A stretch of DNA of 63,894 nucleotides, filler included, from Octopus bimaculoides (lineage: Eukaryota), in assembly GCF_001194135.2 (NCBI RefSeq). It is 6 parts of 5 records of this genome, joined end to end, with 100 filler letters (N's around TTAATTAATTAA, not from the genome) between each part and the next. Parts side by side here need not be neighbours in the genome. Positions count along the whole stretch, not along the records: positions 24,929 to 40,111 come from NC_068982.1; positions 40,212 to 48,475 come from NC_069000.1; positions 48,576 to 55,790 come from NC_068986.1; 3 more parts are not named here. The stretch is one strand, 5' to 3'. Each line of letters begins with the position of its first letter. The first letter of the stretch is position 1. Shown here piece after piece: positions 36,040 to 49,890 of this stretch. A program made the translations under genes and the position numbers. The notes beneath the pieces are model-generated. The model worked only from the letters and a program-made list of their open reading frames with translations. It was not told where the DNA came from and did not search any database.

Positions 36040-36420
36040 CTTAAATATATGTATTTTAATACTTAAACTGTTTTTAACATTTTCTTTTTATTATCAGAGA
36101 ATGTATATATATATTTTAAAACTTTTGTGACAACCAGTCCTTAACACTACAAAGGTTATACAAAGCTTTATATTTTAAACATATTCTTCCTATTATTATC
36201 AAAGAATTTATATATGTATTTTAATGCTTAAATTGATTTTTAAACATTTTCTATTATTATCAAAGAATATATATATGTATTTTATATATGTATTTTAATA
36301 CTTAAACTGTTTTTAACATTTTATTTTTATTTTCAGAGAAGGTATATATGTATTTTAATACTTTTGTGACAACCTGTACTTAACACTACACAGCTTATAT
36401 AAAGCTTTATATTTTATTCT
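36040..36420. repeat. AT-rich degenerate tandem repeat with about 239-bp duplication
   Basis: tattttaatacttaaactgtttttaacatttt starts at 36052 and 36291, and ...cttttgtgacaacc...ctttatatttta is also repeated. Confidence 0.85.
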
Positions 36421-37718
36421 TGACAATCTTTTTCTAAAAAAGTGAAACCGGTAAAGTGAATAAACATCTTTAAAATTGCATTTTCAAACCTTCTTTCATA
36501 TATATATATATAGCGTTCAGCACATATATATTTTTTTCACGTCTGGCCGTATAGCCTTCTTGTTTGTTCTCACTGTTTCGTTTTCCTGTTTTGTTTTGTC
36601 CGCCACTACATTCCTCCACGTTACAAATCTAATTTAAATTTAATTTGTGGTCCGTGGGAAGAGCCATTTTAACGATCCGTCCTGCCCTACTCTTCGAAAC
36701 GCCTGTGTTAGAATGGGGGCAGCTGATGAAGGAGACGTTCTCTATGTGGCCTGTTTGTTTTCTGTACTCGTTTATCATTTTGTCTACGCTTTGTTTACAA
36801 TGTCCTGTACCCAGATATGTATCTATATATACAGGTTGATGTAAGTATGTACATACATGTACGTATATATGCATATACTCATTTATTATTTGTATTATAT
36901 ATATANNNNNNNNNNNNNNNNNNNNNNNNNNNNNNNNNNNNNNNNNNNNNNNNNNNNNNNNNNNNNNNNNNNNNNNNNNNNNNNNNNNNNNNNNNNNNNN
37001 NNNNNNNNNNNNNNNNNNNNNNNNNNNNNNNNNNNNNNNNNNNNNNNNNNNNNNNNNNNNNNNNNNNNNNNNNNNNNNNNNNNNNNNNNNNNNNNNNNNN
37101 NNNNNNNNNNNNNNNNNNNNNNNNNNNNNNNNNNNNNNNNNNNNNNNNNNNNNNNNNNNNNNNNNNNNNNNNNNNNNNNNNNNNNNNNNNNNNNNNNNNN
37201 NNNNNNNNNNNNNNNNNNNNNNNNNNNNNNNNNNNNNNNNNNNNNNNNNNNNNNNNNNNNNNNNNNNNNNNNNNNNNNNNNNNNNNNNNNNNNNNNNNNN
37301 NNNNNNNNNNNNNNNNNNNNNNNNNNNNNNNNNNNNNNNNNNNNNNNNNNNNNNNNNNNNNNNNNNNNNNNNNNNNNNNNNNNNNNNNNNNNNNNNNNNN
37401 NNNNNNNNNNNNNNNNNNNNNNNNNNNNNNNNNNNNNNNNNNNNNNNNNNNNNNNNNNNNNNNNNNNNNNNNNNNNNNNNNNNNNNNNNNNNNNNNNNNN
37501 NNNNNNNNNNNNNNNNNNNNNNNNNNNNNNNNNNNNNNNNNNNNNNNNNNNNNNNNNNNNNNNNNNNNNNNNNNNNNNNNNNNNNNNNNNNNNNNNNNNN
37601 NNNNNNNNNNNNNNNNNNNNNNNNNNNNNNNNNNNNNNNNNNNNNNNNNNNNNNNNNNNNNNNNNNNNNNNNNNNNNNNNNNNNNNNNNNNNNNNNNNNN
37701 NNNNTATATACATATATA

Positions 37719-37885
37719 TGACGGGCTTCTTTCAGTTTCCGTCTACCAAATCCACTCACAAGGCTTTCGTCGGCCCGAGGCTATAGTAGAAGACACTTGC
37801 CTAAGGTGCCACGCAGTGGGACTGAACCCGGAACCATGTGGTTGGTAAGCAAGCTACTTACTACACAGCCACTCCTAAGCCTATG
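37719..37885 (-). mobile_element. Family B SINE
   Basis: gacgggcttctttcagtttccgtctaccaaatccactcacaagg...gaaccatgtggttggtaagcaagctac. Confidence 0.92.
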
Positions 37886-38134
37886 TCTATTTAAAATAAA
37901 AGGAAAATTTTTTTGAATTTTAAATGTTTTTGAAATAGTGGCATATAAATGTGTAGATGGATAAGGATATATATGTGTATACTTTTAGATTATACGTATA
38001 TATGTGTGTGTGTACGTGTTTATATGATTTTGTGTGCTTGTACATATGTGTAGCTATATATTTGCATGTATGTATCTAAGACATTGTATCCATTCACCGT
38101 TAGACGGCGGTGAGAACCACACACACACACACAC

Positions 38135-38168
<34 letters not shown>

Positions 38169-39167
38169 NNNNNNNNNNNNNNNNNNNNNNNNNNNNNNNN
38201 NNNNNNNNNNNNNNNNNNNNNNNNNNNNNNNNNNNNNNNNNNNNNNNNNNNNNNNNNNNNNNNNNNNNNNNNNNNNNNNNNNNNNNNNNNNNNNNNNNNN
38301 NNNNNNNNNNNNNNNNNNNNNNNNNNNNNNNNNNNNNNNNNNNNNNNNNNNNNNNNNNNNNNNNNNNNNNNNNNNNNNNNNNNNNNNNNNNNNNNNNNNN
38401 NNNNNNNNNNNNNNNNNNNNNNNNNNNNNNNNNNNNNNNNNNNNNNNNNNNNNNNNNNNNNNNNNNNNNNNNNNNNNNNNNNNNNNNNNNNNNNNNNNNN
38501 NNNNNNNNNNNNNNNNNNNNNNNNNNNNNNNNNNNNNNNNNNNNNNNNNNNNNNNNNNNNNNNNNNNNNNNNNNNNNNNNNNNNNNNNNNNNNNNNNNNN
38601 NNNNNNNNNNNNNNNNNNNNNNNNNNNNNNNNNNNNNNNNNNNNNNNNNNNNNNNNNNNNNNNNNNNNNNNNNNNNNNNNNNNNNNNNNNNNNNNNNNNN
38701 NNNNNNNNNNNNNNNNNNNNNNNNNNNNNNNNNNNNNNNNNNNNNNNNNNNNNNNNNNNNNTCAATAAACACTCACAACGCCCGGTCTGGGAATCGAAAC
38801 TGTGGTAGGAAGCTTGCTTCCAAAAGAACATGGTTCCCGATTCAGTCCTTCAGCATGGCAGCTTCGAACCGGCATATAGATAATTGTGTGTGTGTGTGTG
38901 TGTGTGTGTGTTTGTGTATGTGATTGTCCCCACCAGTGCTTGACATTCGGTATTGGTGTATTTTCGTCCCCTACCCCACCCGTTCGGCAAAACAAACCGA
39001 TAGAATATGTACAAAATATATAAAAATTACGTTTATCAATTTGTGTTGCAAGATTCCTGATGTGAAATCGTGTGTTGAAACCGATATTGTTGTATTTGAG
39101 AATGGTCATTTTTTTTCTTCATTCATTTATTACTGTTCTTATCTCATTATTTTAACTTATGTCCATT

Positions 39168-39210
39168 GTTCGGAAATCTTTCGTCGCATATCTGTGACCT
39201 CTTCAGCGAC
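39168..39210 (-). ncRNA. Minimal type I hammerhead ribozyme motif (copy 1)
   Basis: Minus strand GUCG-CUGAAGA-G-GUCACA-GAUA-UGCGAC-GAAA-GAUU-UC-CGAAC. Stem II has one A-C mismatch. Confidence 0.6.
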
Positions 39211-39814
39211 ACTGACCTCCATTCTCTTCTTCTAAGCTGTGTATTCTTATGTGCGCATGCGTCTGTGTGTTTGTGTATGTGTGTGCACGGGCACGCGCGT
39301 GTGTGTTCATATGTGTGTATGTGTGTGTGTGTGCTTGTATGTGTGTCAGTTTATAGCAGCAGCCCTCAGCAACCCTATCCTCTCACCCCATTGTGCTACT
39401 GCTGTCCTAAGACCCAAAAAATATGGTACAGTTCCTGTATTCTTCTGTGTATGTGTGTTCATCCACGGTGTTGTCATCGTCGTAGTTGTTGTTGTTATTA
39501 TTGCCATCGTTGTCAACTCGTGCTAACATTGTCGTGGCAGTCCGTGAAATTTCTTCTGCGTGTGTTTCTATGTGCATATGAGTTCGCTTCGTTTGTTTTA
39601 TGTTTCTATGCCCTTTAAATAGATTTATTTATTTATTTTATGCATTTCTATTTCTTATGACTGAAACAACTAAAAGATAAAACTTGAATAAAAGATATAT
39701 ATCAATTCATTATCTATTTATTTATATATGTCTGTCTATCTTAATACTCTATATACATACATATATAACCTTTTGAGCATGTATGTTTGGGTATATGAGT
39801 TTCTTTATGTCTGG

Positions 39815-39860
<46 letters not shown>

Positions 39861-39875
39861 CCTATCTATCTATCT

Positions 39876-40111
39876 ACGCGTCCGTCATCTACTACCGCCT
39901 GACCGTCGTTCCTTGTCCCGACCCTACCATCACCAAACTGGAGCGCATCCTCTTCCGCTTCTTGTGGAAAGGAAGCGTTCCGATGGTTAGGCGATCCGTT
40001 TGCTGCCAACACCCGTTAAAAGGAGGACTGGGCATGCCGTGGTTGATGATGCGCAGACACGCGCTGAGACTGCGACATCTCCGGCTCTACGTAGACAGCG
40101 GTGAACAGGTG
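39876..40111 (+). mobile_element. Tx1/L1-clade LINE fragment, frame intact, cut by a scaffold join
   Basis: ASVIYYRLTVVPCPDPTITKLERILFRFLWKGSVPMVRRSVCCQHPLKGGLGMPWLMMRRHALRLRHL. Confidence 0.9.
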
Positions 40112-40448
40112 NNNNNNNNNNNNNNNNNNNNNNNNNNNNNNNNNNNNNNNNNNNNTTAATTAATTAANNNNNNNNNNNNNNNNNNNNNNNNNNNNNNNNN
40201 NNNNNNNNNNNTATATATATGTATATATATATGTATATATATACTCATTGTATATTTATAGACATGTTAATATTTGTATAATATATATTGTGAATATGTG
40301 TCCTCATACAATATAATAAATTTTATTCACTAGAGTGCATAAGTGTGAGTGAATGAGTTTGCCTGTGTGAATATAGGTATGAATATTTGGTATAATACAT
40401 TGCAACACACACACATATATCGGTACATATGCATATATATATGTATGT

Positions 40449-40488
<40 letters not shown>

Positions 40489-40503
40489 GTATATATGTAT
40501 GTC

Positions 40504-40543
<40 letters not shown>

Positions 40544-40563
40544 CATATGTATATGTATATATA

Positions 40564-40618
<55 letters not shown>

Positions 40619-40724
40619 ATACACGTATCGAAACATGTATATCTATAAATATAGGGAGTGAAAGAGTGTCATAGATAGTCACATATATATACGTACTTAT
40701 ATACATATATGGATATGTAAATAC

Positions 40725-40788
<64 letters not shown>

Positions 40789-41233
40789 NNNNNNNNNNNN
40801 NNNNNNNNNNNNNNNNNNNNNNNNNNNNNNNNNNNNNNNNNNNNNNNNNNNNNNNNNNNNNNNNNNNNNNNNNNNNNNNNNNNNNNNNNNNNNNNNNNNN
40901 NNNNNNNNNNNNNNNNNNNNNNNNNNNNNNNNNNNNNNNNNNNNNNNNNNNNNNNNNNNNNNNNNNNNNNNNNNNNNNNNNNNNNNNNNNNNNNNNNNNN
41001 NNNNNNNNNNNNNNNNNNNNNNNNNNNNNNNNNNNNNNNNNNNNNNNNNNNNNNNNNNNNNNNNNNNNNNNNNNNNNNNNNNNNNNNNNNNNNNNNNNNN
41101 NNNNNNNNNNNNNNNNNNNNNNNNNNNNNNNNNNNNNNNNNNNNNNNNNNNNNNNNNNNNNNNNNNNNNNNNNNNNNNNNNNNNNNNNNNNNNNNNNNNN
41201 NNNNNNNNNNNNNNNNNNNNNNNNNNNNNNNNN

Positions 41234-41288
<55 letters not shown>

Positions 41289-41749
41289 AAGCATATATAT
41301 ACATATATATATATGCTTATATACATTGTACTGATATACATATAAATACCTATACATATTGTTTATATATACTGTTTTTACCACTACCACCACCACCTCT
41401 ACTACTACTACTACTACTACTACTACTTTGTATGTCGGTCACTACATGGAGAGAACGATGCCTTTGTATTTAATCTGTTTGTTTTATTCACTTTCCTTGT
41501 GTCCTCTCATATTTCTTTTTCTTCCTCTTCTTCTTCTTCTTGCTCTTCTTTTTCTTCCCTTCCTTCCTCTTCCTCCTCCCCTCTTCCCCTTCTACTTTTA
41601 CTTCTTCCTCTTCGTATCCACGTTATTTCCTTTGAGAAACTACGAAAACAATTCGAAACACAGGAGAATTCTTTGAAGTGATCTCAGAATCAGCAAGAAT
41701 CTGACCATTTCTTGGGCTGGGCCTCGGCACCCAGCCTCAGATTTGACTT

Positions 41750-42030
41750 GAATAAAGAACTGATTGACAAGTCAGTCTCAGACCGATGTTTTCTATTCTA
41801 AAGATCTCTTTAAAAACTGAAGAACTTTCAGTATCGTATTTCATGGTGCTATCTTGATGAGATGGTTCCGTTATGGTGATCTGGTTCATTTCTACCGAAT
41901 TTCTTTGGAAATTGACCCAACGCAGATTAAAATACTGCCTTCGTAAGCGCCAGAAACTGTCTAATTTCTTCGTTTCTTCTTTAGAACTCTGGCACTAAAC
42001 ATGAAGATCTGTAAGACCAGGCTGGGTGCC
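41750..42030 (-). mobile_element. Degenerate RTE-like LINE remnant
   Basis: SKEETKKLDSFWRLRRQYFNLRWVNFQRN resembles the RTE post-RT W.L.K....KLD.F....LR.I..IRW motif. Confidence 0.45.
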
Positions 42031-42149
42031 ATCCTATTCTGGGGTTCTATACTGACTTTTCATCCTTGAACCGTCGTTTGGCGATGGACATTTATTTCTG
42101 ACTTAACACACATTGGACTTTATAATCCGTTATGTCTTACCTTTTTTCA

Positions 42150-42510
42150 AGAAACTAAAACGTCACTAAGGCCACACACAGCGACATGGTGCTGGTCTCG
42201 AAATCATCCAAGGAGGTGGTTCTGTGGGAATTCCCCAACCCCTGGGAAGATTGATTTGGAGAAGTAAATGAGAAGGAAATATGCTGAGCTAGTGGGGCTA
42301 CACCAAAGCAATGGGATGTGGGTTAACCGAGGTGTGCTTTCATTGAGGTGGGGTGCTGGGGTTTTGTTGATCAGTCCTTCAGTAAAGCTTTCAACATGTT
42401 GAGAAGCAGTTGGCAGAGGACCATAAAGCTGACTGTGGAGGCGGCAGAGGTTGCTGCAAGGTGGGTGTGGATCAGGAGGTGCAGAGTTACCGGGGTTACT
42501 GCTAACTGGA
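42150..42510 (+). mobile_element. Hero-like RLE LINE, restriction-like endonuclease C-terminus
   Basis: TSLRP..DMVLVSKSSKEVVLWE...RRKYAELV...GFVDQS..KAF...EAAEVAARWVWIRR matches the PD-(D/E)xK RLE domain of Hero-type elements. Confidence 0.75.
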
Positions 42511-42629
42511 TTGTATAAATATATATTTATATATNNNNNNNNNNNNNNNNNNNNNNNNNNNNNNNNNNNNNNNNNNNNNNNNNNNNNNNNNNNNNNNNNN
42601 NNNNNNNNNNNNNNNNNNNNNNNNNNNNN

Positions 42630-42668
<39 letters not shown>

Positions 42669-42878
42669 CATACATACATACATACATACATACTTACATA
42701 TATACATACATGTGTATATGTATATCAAAAAGGATGTGTTATAATACTATTCCACACATACAAAAACACCCATCATTAGCTGCCCCACGAATATCATTAT
42801 TGTTTCGACACTTGGGCAATACCATTCAATCCGGCGGTGTCAACAGCACTAAAATAAGTGTGTATACATATATATGTG

Positions 42879-42914
<36 letters not shown>

Positions 42915-43074
42915 TGTATGTATGTGTGTGTGTATGTACATATGTATACAAAGGACCAGGCCAAATGTTGGTGCTACCGTCTTTGTCTTTATTTCATTGT
43001 TAATTAATTCACTTAATGTGGTGCGGGGCATGATGAACCGGATAAAACTGTCTTCTGAATACTAAGTGGAATGC

Positions 43075-43084
43075 ATTGTCGTCG

Positions 43085-43162
<78 letters not shown>

Positions 43163-43229
43163 GCAACAACTGTTATTATTGCTATTACACAAACAAACAC
43201 TACATAACAAAATCCACAATAGCAGCCAG

Positions 43230-43265
<36 letters not shown>

Positions 43266-43350
43266 TGCTGCGACAGCAACAGAAACATCACAACAAAGAC
43301 TACAACAAAATTGCCGCAAACATAACAGCCACAACAATTATAACAACAGC

Positions 43351-43387
<37 letters not shown>

Positions 43388-43555
43388 ATAAGCAAACAAA
43401 TTCTTTAAGCACGAATTAATAAGATAAGAATTCTTGTGATTTTTATTTAAGTGTTGGCCCACCGCCACCACCGCTACCATCTCCACTACCACACCCACCT
43501 TCGCCACCGCCACTAATACCATCGTGTCATCACCACAACCATCGCCACCACTACA

Positions 43556-43589
<34 letters not shown>

Positions 43590-43810
43590 GCATAGTGTCA
43601 TCACGGCCACCATCGCCACTGCTACCATCGTGTCACCACTTTACAAACATATCTGCCAACACTACCACCACAACAACCGCAACAGCCACAACCATCACAC
43701 CAATCACTACTACTGCAGCTAGCATCACCACCACCACCACCACCATTACCACCGCCACCACCAACCACATCACCACCCGCACAACCACCACAACAATAAC
43801 CACCACCACN
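43075..43810. repeat. (CAT)n/(CAA)n/(CTA)n/(CAC)n trinucleotide microsatellite cluster
   Basis: Directly visible. Confidence 0.95.
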
Positions 43811-44512
43811 NNNNNNNNNNNNNNNNNNNNNNNNNNNNNNNNNNNNNNNNNNNNNNNNNNNNNNNNNNNNNNNNNNNNNNNNNNNNNNNNNNNNNNNNNN
43901 NNNNNNNNNNNNNNNNNNNNNNNNNNNNNNNNNNNNNNNNNNNNNNNNNNNNNNNNNNNNNNNNNNNNNNNNNNNNNNNNNNNNNNNNNNNNNNNNNNNN
44001 NNNNNNNNNNNNNNNNNNNNNNNNNNNNNNNNNNNNNNNNNNNNNNNNNNNNNNNNNNNNNNNNNNNNNNNNNNNNNNNNNNNNNNNNNNNNNNNNNNNN
44101 NNNNNNNNNNNNNNNNNNNNNNNNNNNNNNNNNNNNNNNNNNNNNNNNNNNNNNNNNNNNNNNNNNNNNNNNNNNNNNNNNNNNNNNNNNNNNNNNNNNN
44201 NNNNNNNNNNNNNNNNNNNNNNNNNNNNNNNNNNNNNNNNNNNNNNNNNNNNNNNNNNNNNNNNNNNNNNNNNNNNNNNNNNNNNNNNNNNNNNNNNNNN
44301 NNNNNNNNNNNNNNNNNNNNNNNNNNNNNNNNNNNNNNNNNNNNNNNNNNNNNNNNNNNNNNNNNNNNNNNNNNNNNNNNNNNNNNNNNNNNNNNNNNNN
44401 NNNNNNNNNNNNNNNNNNNNNNNNNNNNNNNNNNNNNNNNNNNNNNNNNNNNNNNNNNNNNNNNNNNNNNNNNNNNNNNNNNNNNNNNNNNNNNNNNNNN
44501 NNNNNNNNNNNN

Positions 44513-44569
<57 letters not shown>

Positions 44570-46533
44570 CATACATACAAGTTATTTGTGTAATACTATG
44601 TTCAGCCAGTTTTCTTTTACTTTCGCGTAAAAGACGCGCATACACACACACACACACACACACACACAAATGCATACATAGATGTATAATTTTAATCTTT
44701 TTCCATTTTTTTTTACTTATCTCAATTATTGAACACCGACCATACTGGAGCACCGACTTAACGGGTGAAGTCGATCAAATCGATTCTATTTGTCTTATTT
44801 CAAACAACTATTTATTTAAATCGCTGACTTGTTAGCGAACCGCGCAGTTATGAAGACGTAAGCAAACGCACACCGGTTGACAAGCAGAGAATGCTACAAA
44901 CAAAATATGCATACGCAAGTACACATGTGTACGCATGTACATAGATATGCTTGTATGCATGTGTGTGTTGGTGTGCATGTGTGCATGTATGTGTGTATAT
45001 GTGTATGTCCATGTTTACTTGTGTAAGTAAATATACACACACAGATAAATATATCTACACACAGATGCATACATATACACATACATACTCAACTACCATT
45101 TGCACAGACATACATATACACACATACAAACACATACATTCAAGCATACATACACGCGTACGCACATACACAACACACCCGGACACACGCACCTTCTATC
45201 TGGACCTGTCTGTCAGTCCGTCTGATACGACCAATCTTTTATGAAAACTAACGAAAGACAACTATTTTTCCTGCTCTGCGAAAGTTCTTCATACTCACAC
45301 GTGAATATGTGTGTCTGTCTGTCCTTGAATATGTGCGCGTGCATGTATACATACATATATATATGTATATATATACATTTATATNNNNNNNNNNNNNNNN
45401 NNNNNNNNNNNNNNNNNNNNNNNNNNNNNNNNNNNNNNNNNNNNNNNNNNNNNNNNNNNNNNNNNNNNNNNNNNNNNNNNNNNNNNNNNNNNNNNNNNNN
45501 NNNNNNNNNNNNNNNNNNNNNNNNNNNNNNNNNNNNNNNNNNNNNNNNNNNNNNNNNNNNNNNNNNNNNNNNNNNNNNNNNNNNNNNNNNNNNNNNNNNN
45601 NNNNNNNNNNNNNNNNNNNNNNNNNNNNNNNNNNNNNNNNNNNNNNNNNNNNNNNNNNNNNNNNNNNNNNNNNNNNNNNNNNNNNNNNNNNNNNNNNNNN
45701 NNNNNNNNNNNNNNNNNNNNNNNNNNNNNNNNNNNNNNNNNNNNNNNNNNNNNNNNNNNNNNNNNNNNNNNNNNNNNNNNNNNNNNNNNNNNNNNNNNNN
45801 NNNNNNNNNGTGTGTGTGTGTGTGTCTCGTGTGTCTCGTGTGTGGGAACAATGGCCGTTCTACTACGAAGCGAAACTCGACTCTCTATCTACGTTTATTT
45901 AGTCACCCATTTCTCTGCCGTTTCTTTGAATGGGCGTTTAACTTTATCCCAATTCACCCCAGCCTTTCCCTACCCAATACATTTTCCCACCATTCCTCTT
46001 TTCTACCCGTCTCTCCTTTTACCAATCTTTCTTTCTACCTGGCATGCCCCTACCCGTCTATTTATGACCGAGTCGCCTTTTTGTATTCCTAGGAATACAT
46101 TTAACTTTAAAGTGTCAAAACTCATCTTACGTCGGCAGAGTTACAGTTAAGTAAGAACTATCCGCTTTAATTAGGGACACATGTGATAACAGACTTCGAT
46201 TACTGGCCGATTTCCACCACCACCACCATCTCCACTTCCACACATGCTGCAAAGATGGGGGGGAGGCAGACTCGTGCCACTCGTATTTAACTGGACTGTG
46301 TTACCTATGATAAAACAGAATATATATGTATGTGTGCATGCGCGCGCACGTGTGTATAAAAGTATACGACAAACTCCTAGTTTATGTATCTATGTCTATG
46401 AATCCATCTAGCTATCAACGTATGTATCTATCTATTGACATGTATATATATGCATATATATTATATATTTGTGTGTGTACTTAATTTGTGGCTGGACAAG
46501 GCATTCAATAGGTTCGTGTAGAGAGATTTTCGT

Positions 46534-46625
46534 AATTGTTGAAGCGTGCCAAGTGGAAGTGTTGTTATTCGTCCCTATGGAGGCGAATACCAGTACTCTC
46601 TCTCAAAAGGCACGCTTGAACAATT
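46534..46625. ncRNA. 92-nt stem-loop, pre-miRNA-like candidate
   Basis: Outer stem 46534-46550 pairs with 46609-46625 (16 of 17 bp). Inner stem 46558-46575 pairs with 46579-46597 (G-U allowed, one mismatch, one bulge). Confidence 0.35.
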
Positions 46626-48246
46626 GTGAAGAATACTGCATGAAACCATTGGTTACTTTGTTAACCCAGAAATAAAAAAAATATCCACTTCTTCTCACTG
46701 CTTGATATTAACGCATATTACGTCCATGCATTTGATGTTTAGCCAATCCACTCATTGTCGCTGAGATATGTCACAACAGAAGATGTTATCTACACATTTG
46801 CGAACACCTTCTACTATGATATATCTTAGTTAATATGTCTGTGGACTGGTTAAAAATCAGATTAATCTCTTCCTTCAATCAATGTATTTTTCAGTGCCTT
46901 TTTCTAAACATTTTTTTGGTTTGTTGAGATTAATTTCTCGCAGATCAAAATGTGTTCTTCGATTATGCAATGATGTCTGACGAAAGGATTATTTATTTTA
47001 CTCTATTATGTAATATATCAATAAGCAAAGTATGTAAATATTCTATGGAAACGAACGTAACATCATTAATTATTTGACACCATTCATATTCATTTATTAT
47101 TATATTTTACTCAACGAATAAAATATTGAGATTGAGAAGCGAATATTGCATTATTTGTTTTATTGACTGATTGATGGTTAGAAAGCATCGTCGCATTCCT
47201 TTCGAGGACCTCGTTAGCCAAAAACTCACAGGAAACACTTCTAAGTTAATTGCAGGGATCATATGGACCCCTACTTTTTGGCCCATACTTACATACATAC
47301 ACACACACACACATACATATGTATGTATGTGTGTGTGTAACAGACTATCTGTATGTCTGTCTGTCTGTCTGTCTGTCTGTCTCACTGTCTGTCTGTCTGT
47401 CTGTCTGTCTCACTGTCTGTCTGTCTGTCTGCCAGCCCACACAAATCAGTTGTTTAGCAATTTCTGAATTCCTGTCAACGTTAACCAATTGGATCCCACC
47501 ACCACAACCACCATACCACCCACACCATTCCACCACTGCTACCACCACCACCACCACCACCACCACCACCACCACCACNNNNNNNNNNNNNNNNNNNNNN
47601 NNNNNNNNNNNNNNNNNNNNNNNNNNNNNNNNNNNNNNNNNNNNNNNNNNNNNNNNNNNNNNNNNNNNNNNNNNNNNNNNNNNNNNNNATGGTGATGGCG
47701 GTCGGTGGTGGTGGTGGTGGTAGTGATGGAAACAGTAGGTGTAATGGCGGCCCTGGGGGAGCGACGACGATGGTAGGAGGTGGTGGTGGTGGTGGTGGTG
47801 GTGGCGTCGGTGGCGGCGGTGATGCTAATTGCGCTGTTGATGATGGGGAGTAAGAGGAGGAAGATAAAGGGGGAGTGGAGGAGACGGATGGTCAAGAGGC
47901 AGGTGATGGTGATGATGATGATGCCGACGAGGAGAAGGAAAAGAAGGATAGAGAGCGGTGTAGTGATAAAAATGGCGATGGGGATGACGATGATGATGGT
48001 GGTGATGATGATGATGATGGTGATAATAGTGATAATGATGACGATGATGGTCGTAATGCCAGCAGCTGAATGTAGAGTGGAGAGAGGAAGAGAAGGAGAG
48101 ACAGAGGGAGAGAGAGACAGAGACAGAGAGAGAGAGAGAGACGGGGAGAGACATAAAGAAAGTCTCTGTTTTCATCTTAAACGATGTTAAAAGCAATTAA
48201 GACTCTGAGATAACAAGAAAGCAGTGATAGGTGAGGTTTATATATG

Positions 48247-48372
<126 letters not shown>

Positions 48373-48644
48373 TTGGATGAAGAGGGATGCCTCTTGTATT
48401 TCTTTCAATGCACAGTTTGATTTTATTTCCACGTAATGCTTCGTTTTAGTAGAACTTATATCACACACACACACANNNNNNNNNNNNNNNNNNNNNNNNN
48501 NNNNNNNNNNNNNNNNNNNTTAATTAATTAANNNNNNNNNNNNNNNNNNNNNNNNNNNNNNNNNNNNNNNNNNNNAAACACACGCACTATATATATTTGT
48601 CCTTAGCTCGTTTATTACTGTTCTTATTCTAATTTATGTCCATT

Positions 48645-48687
48645 GTCCGGAAATCTTTCGTCACACATTTGTGACCTCTTCAGCGAC
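48645..48687 (-). ncRNA. Minimal type I hammerhead ribozyme motif (copy 2)
   Basis: Minus strand GUCG-CUGAAGA-G-GUCACA-AAUG-UGUGAC-GAAA-GAUU-UC-CGGAC, with a perfect 6-bp stem II. Confidence 0.7.
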
Positions 48688-49269
48688 GCTTTTCTTGGTC
48701 TTCGTATGCGCCCTTGGTCCACTTATTTCATTCTGAAATATATAACGCACGTGTTTATTTGTCAAAAAAAAAAAATGACTATCGTGAAATAAGAAAAATG
48801 TTTATGTCGCTCAGAAATGGTAGAATGCCAGTCAGATGTCATGCTGCGTACATTTAAATTCATTAGTCAAAATAAAGAGTTCAAGTCCCACGACAGCTAA
48901 TTTTGCGCGATAACTTCCCGGGCAAAATAATAATATGAACCGAATCAAATTATTTAAGGCAATCAAATACAATTTAATATGTTCCAACGCCAATAGATTT
49001 GTGACCGTGTTTCAAAAGCTAGAAATAGTTATGTGTATATTATTGCTGCAGAAGCGGAGGTGCGCTGAAGTAGATTTTTACATAGAACATTAGGAAATAG
49101 GTTGGTTCGTATTTAATCGGGGTTGACCTGGTCATTCAATCTCTAGAAATCGTATAAAATATGGAACTGTCATTTAGTTGGTTTGACGAGTATCGATTTT
49201 TTTTTCACTCCATCACTGAAAAATTGTATGGCTTGGTTCCAAATTGACAAGTCGATACATCTGCTACAA

Positions 49270-49302
49270 CAACAGCAACCACCACCACCACCACCACCAC
49301 CT

Positions 49303-49333
<31 letters not shown>

Positions 49334-49349
49334 ATCATCATCATCATCC

Positions 49350-49382
<33 letters not shown>

Positions 49383-49410
49383 CCATCGTCATCATCATCA
49401 ACATCATCAC

Positions 49411-49442
<32 letters not shown>

Positions 49443-49890
49443 CCACCACCATCATCATCATCATCATCATCATCATCATTATCATCATCATCATCATAAT
49501 CGTCGTCGTCGTCGTCGTCGTCGTCATCATCATCATCCTCGCCTGTAATCAACTCCATCCTCAACTTCCTTCTTCGCATCTTGCATTTGTTTTTTCCGCT
49601 TCTCCTTCCGCCTCTTCCTCTTCCACCTCCTCCACTCGGTTCGCCTCCCTCTTCCATTCCTTCCTTTCTCCTCCTCATCATCATCACCTCCCACCCAATC
49701 ACCATCAGCCCGCCCACTACTATCTTCATCTCCCCACCTTCCTCCTGCTCCTGGTCCTCTTCCTCTTTCTCTCTCCTACTTGCTTGTCATCCTCATTCAC
49801 ATCACTATCATCGTCATCATCATCATCATCATCATCATCACCATCATCATCATCATCGTCATCATCATCATCATCATCATCGTCATCATC
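49270..49890. repeat. (CAT)n-dominated microsatellite region
   Basis: Directly visible; source of the poly-H/D/M ORFs. Confidence 0.97.

Noticed and set aside
36650-36740. GAAGAG...CTCTTCGAAAC and CTGATGAAGGAG as a hammerhead
   Set aside because: The core halves are in the wrong order or mutated, and there is no valid NUH site with stems I and III.
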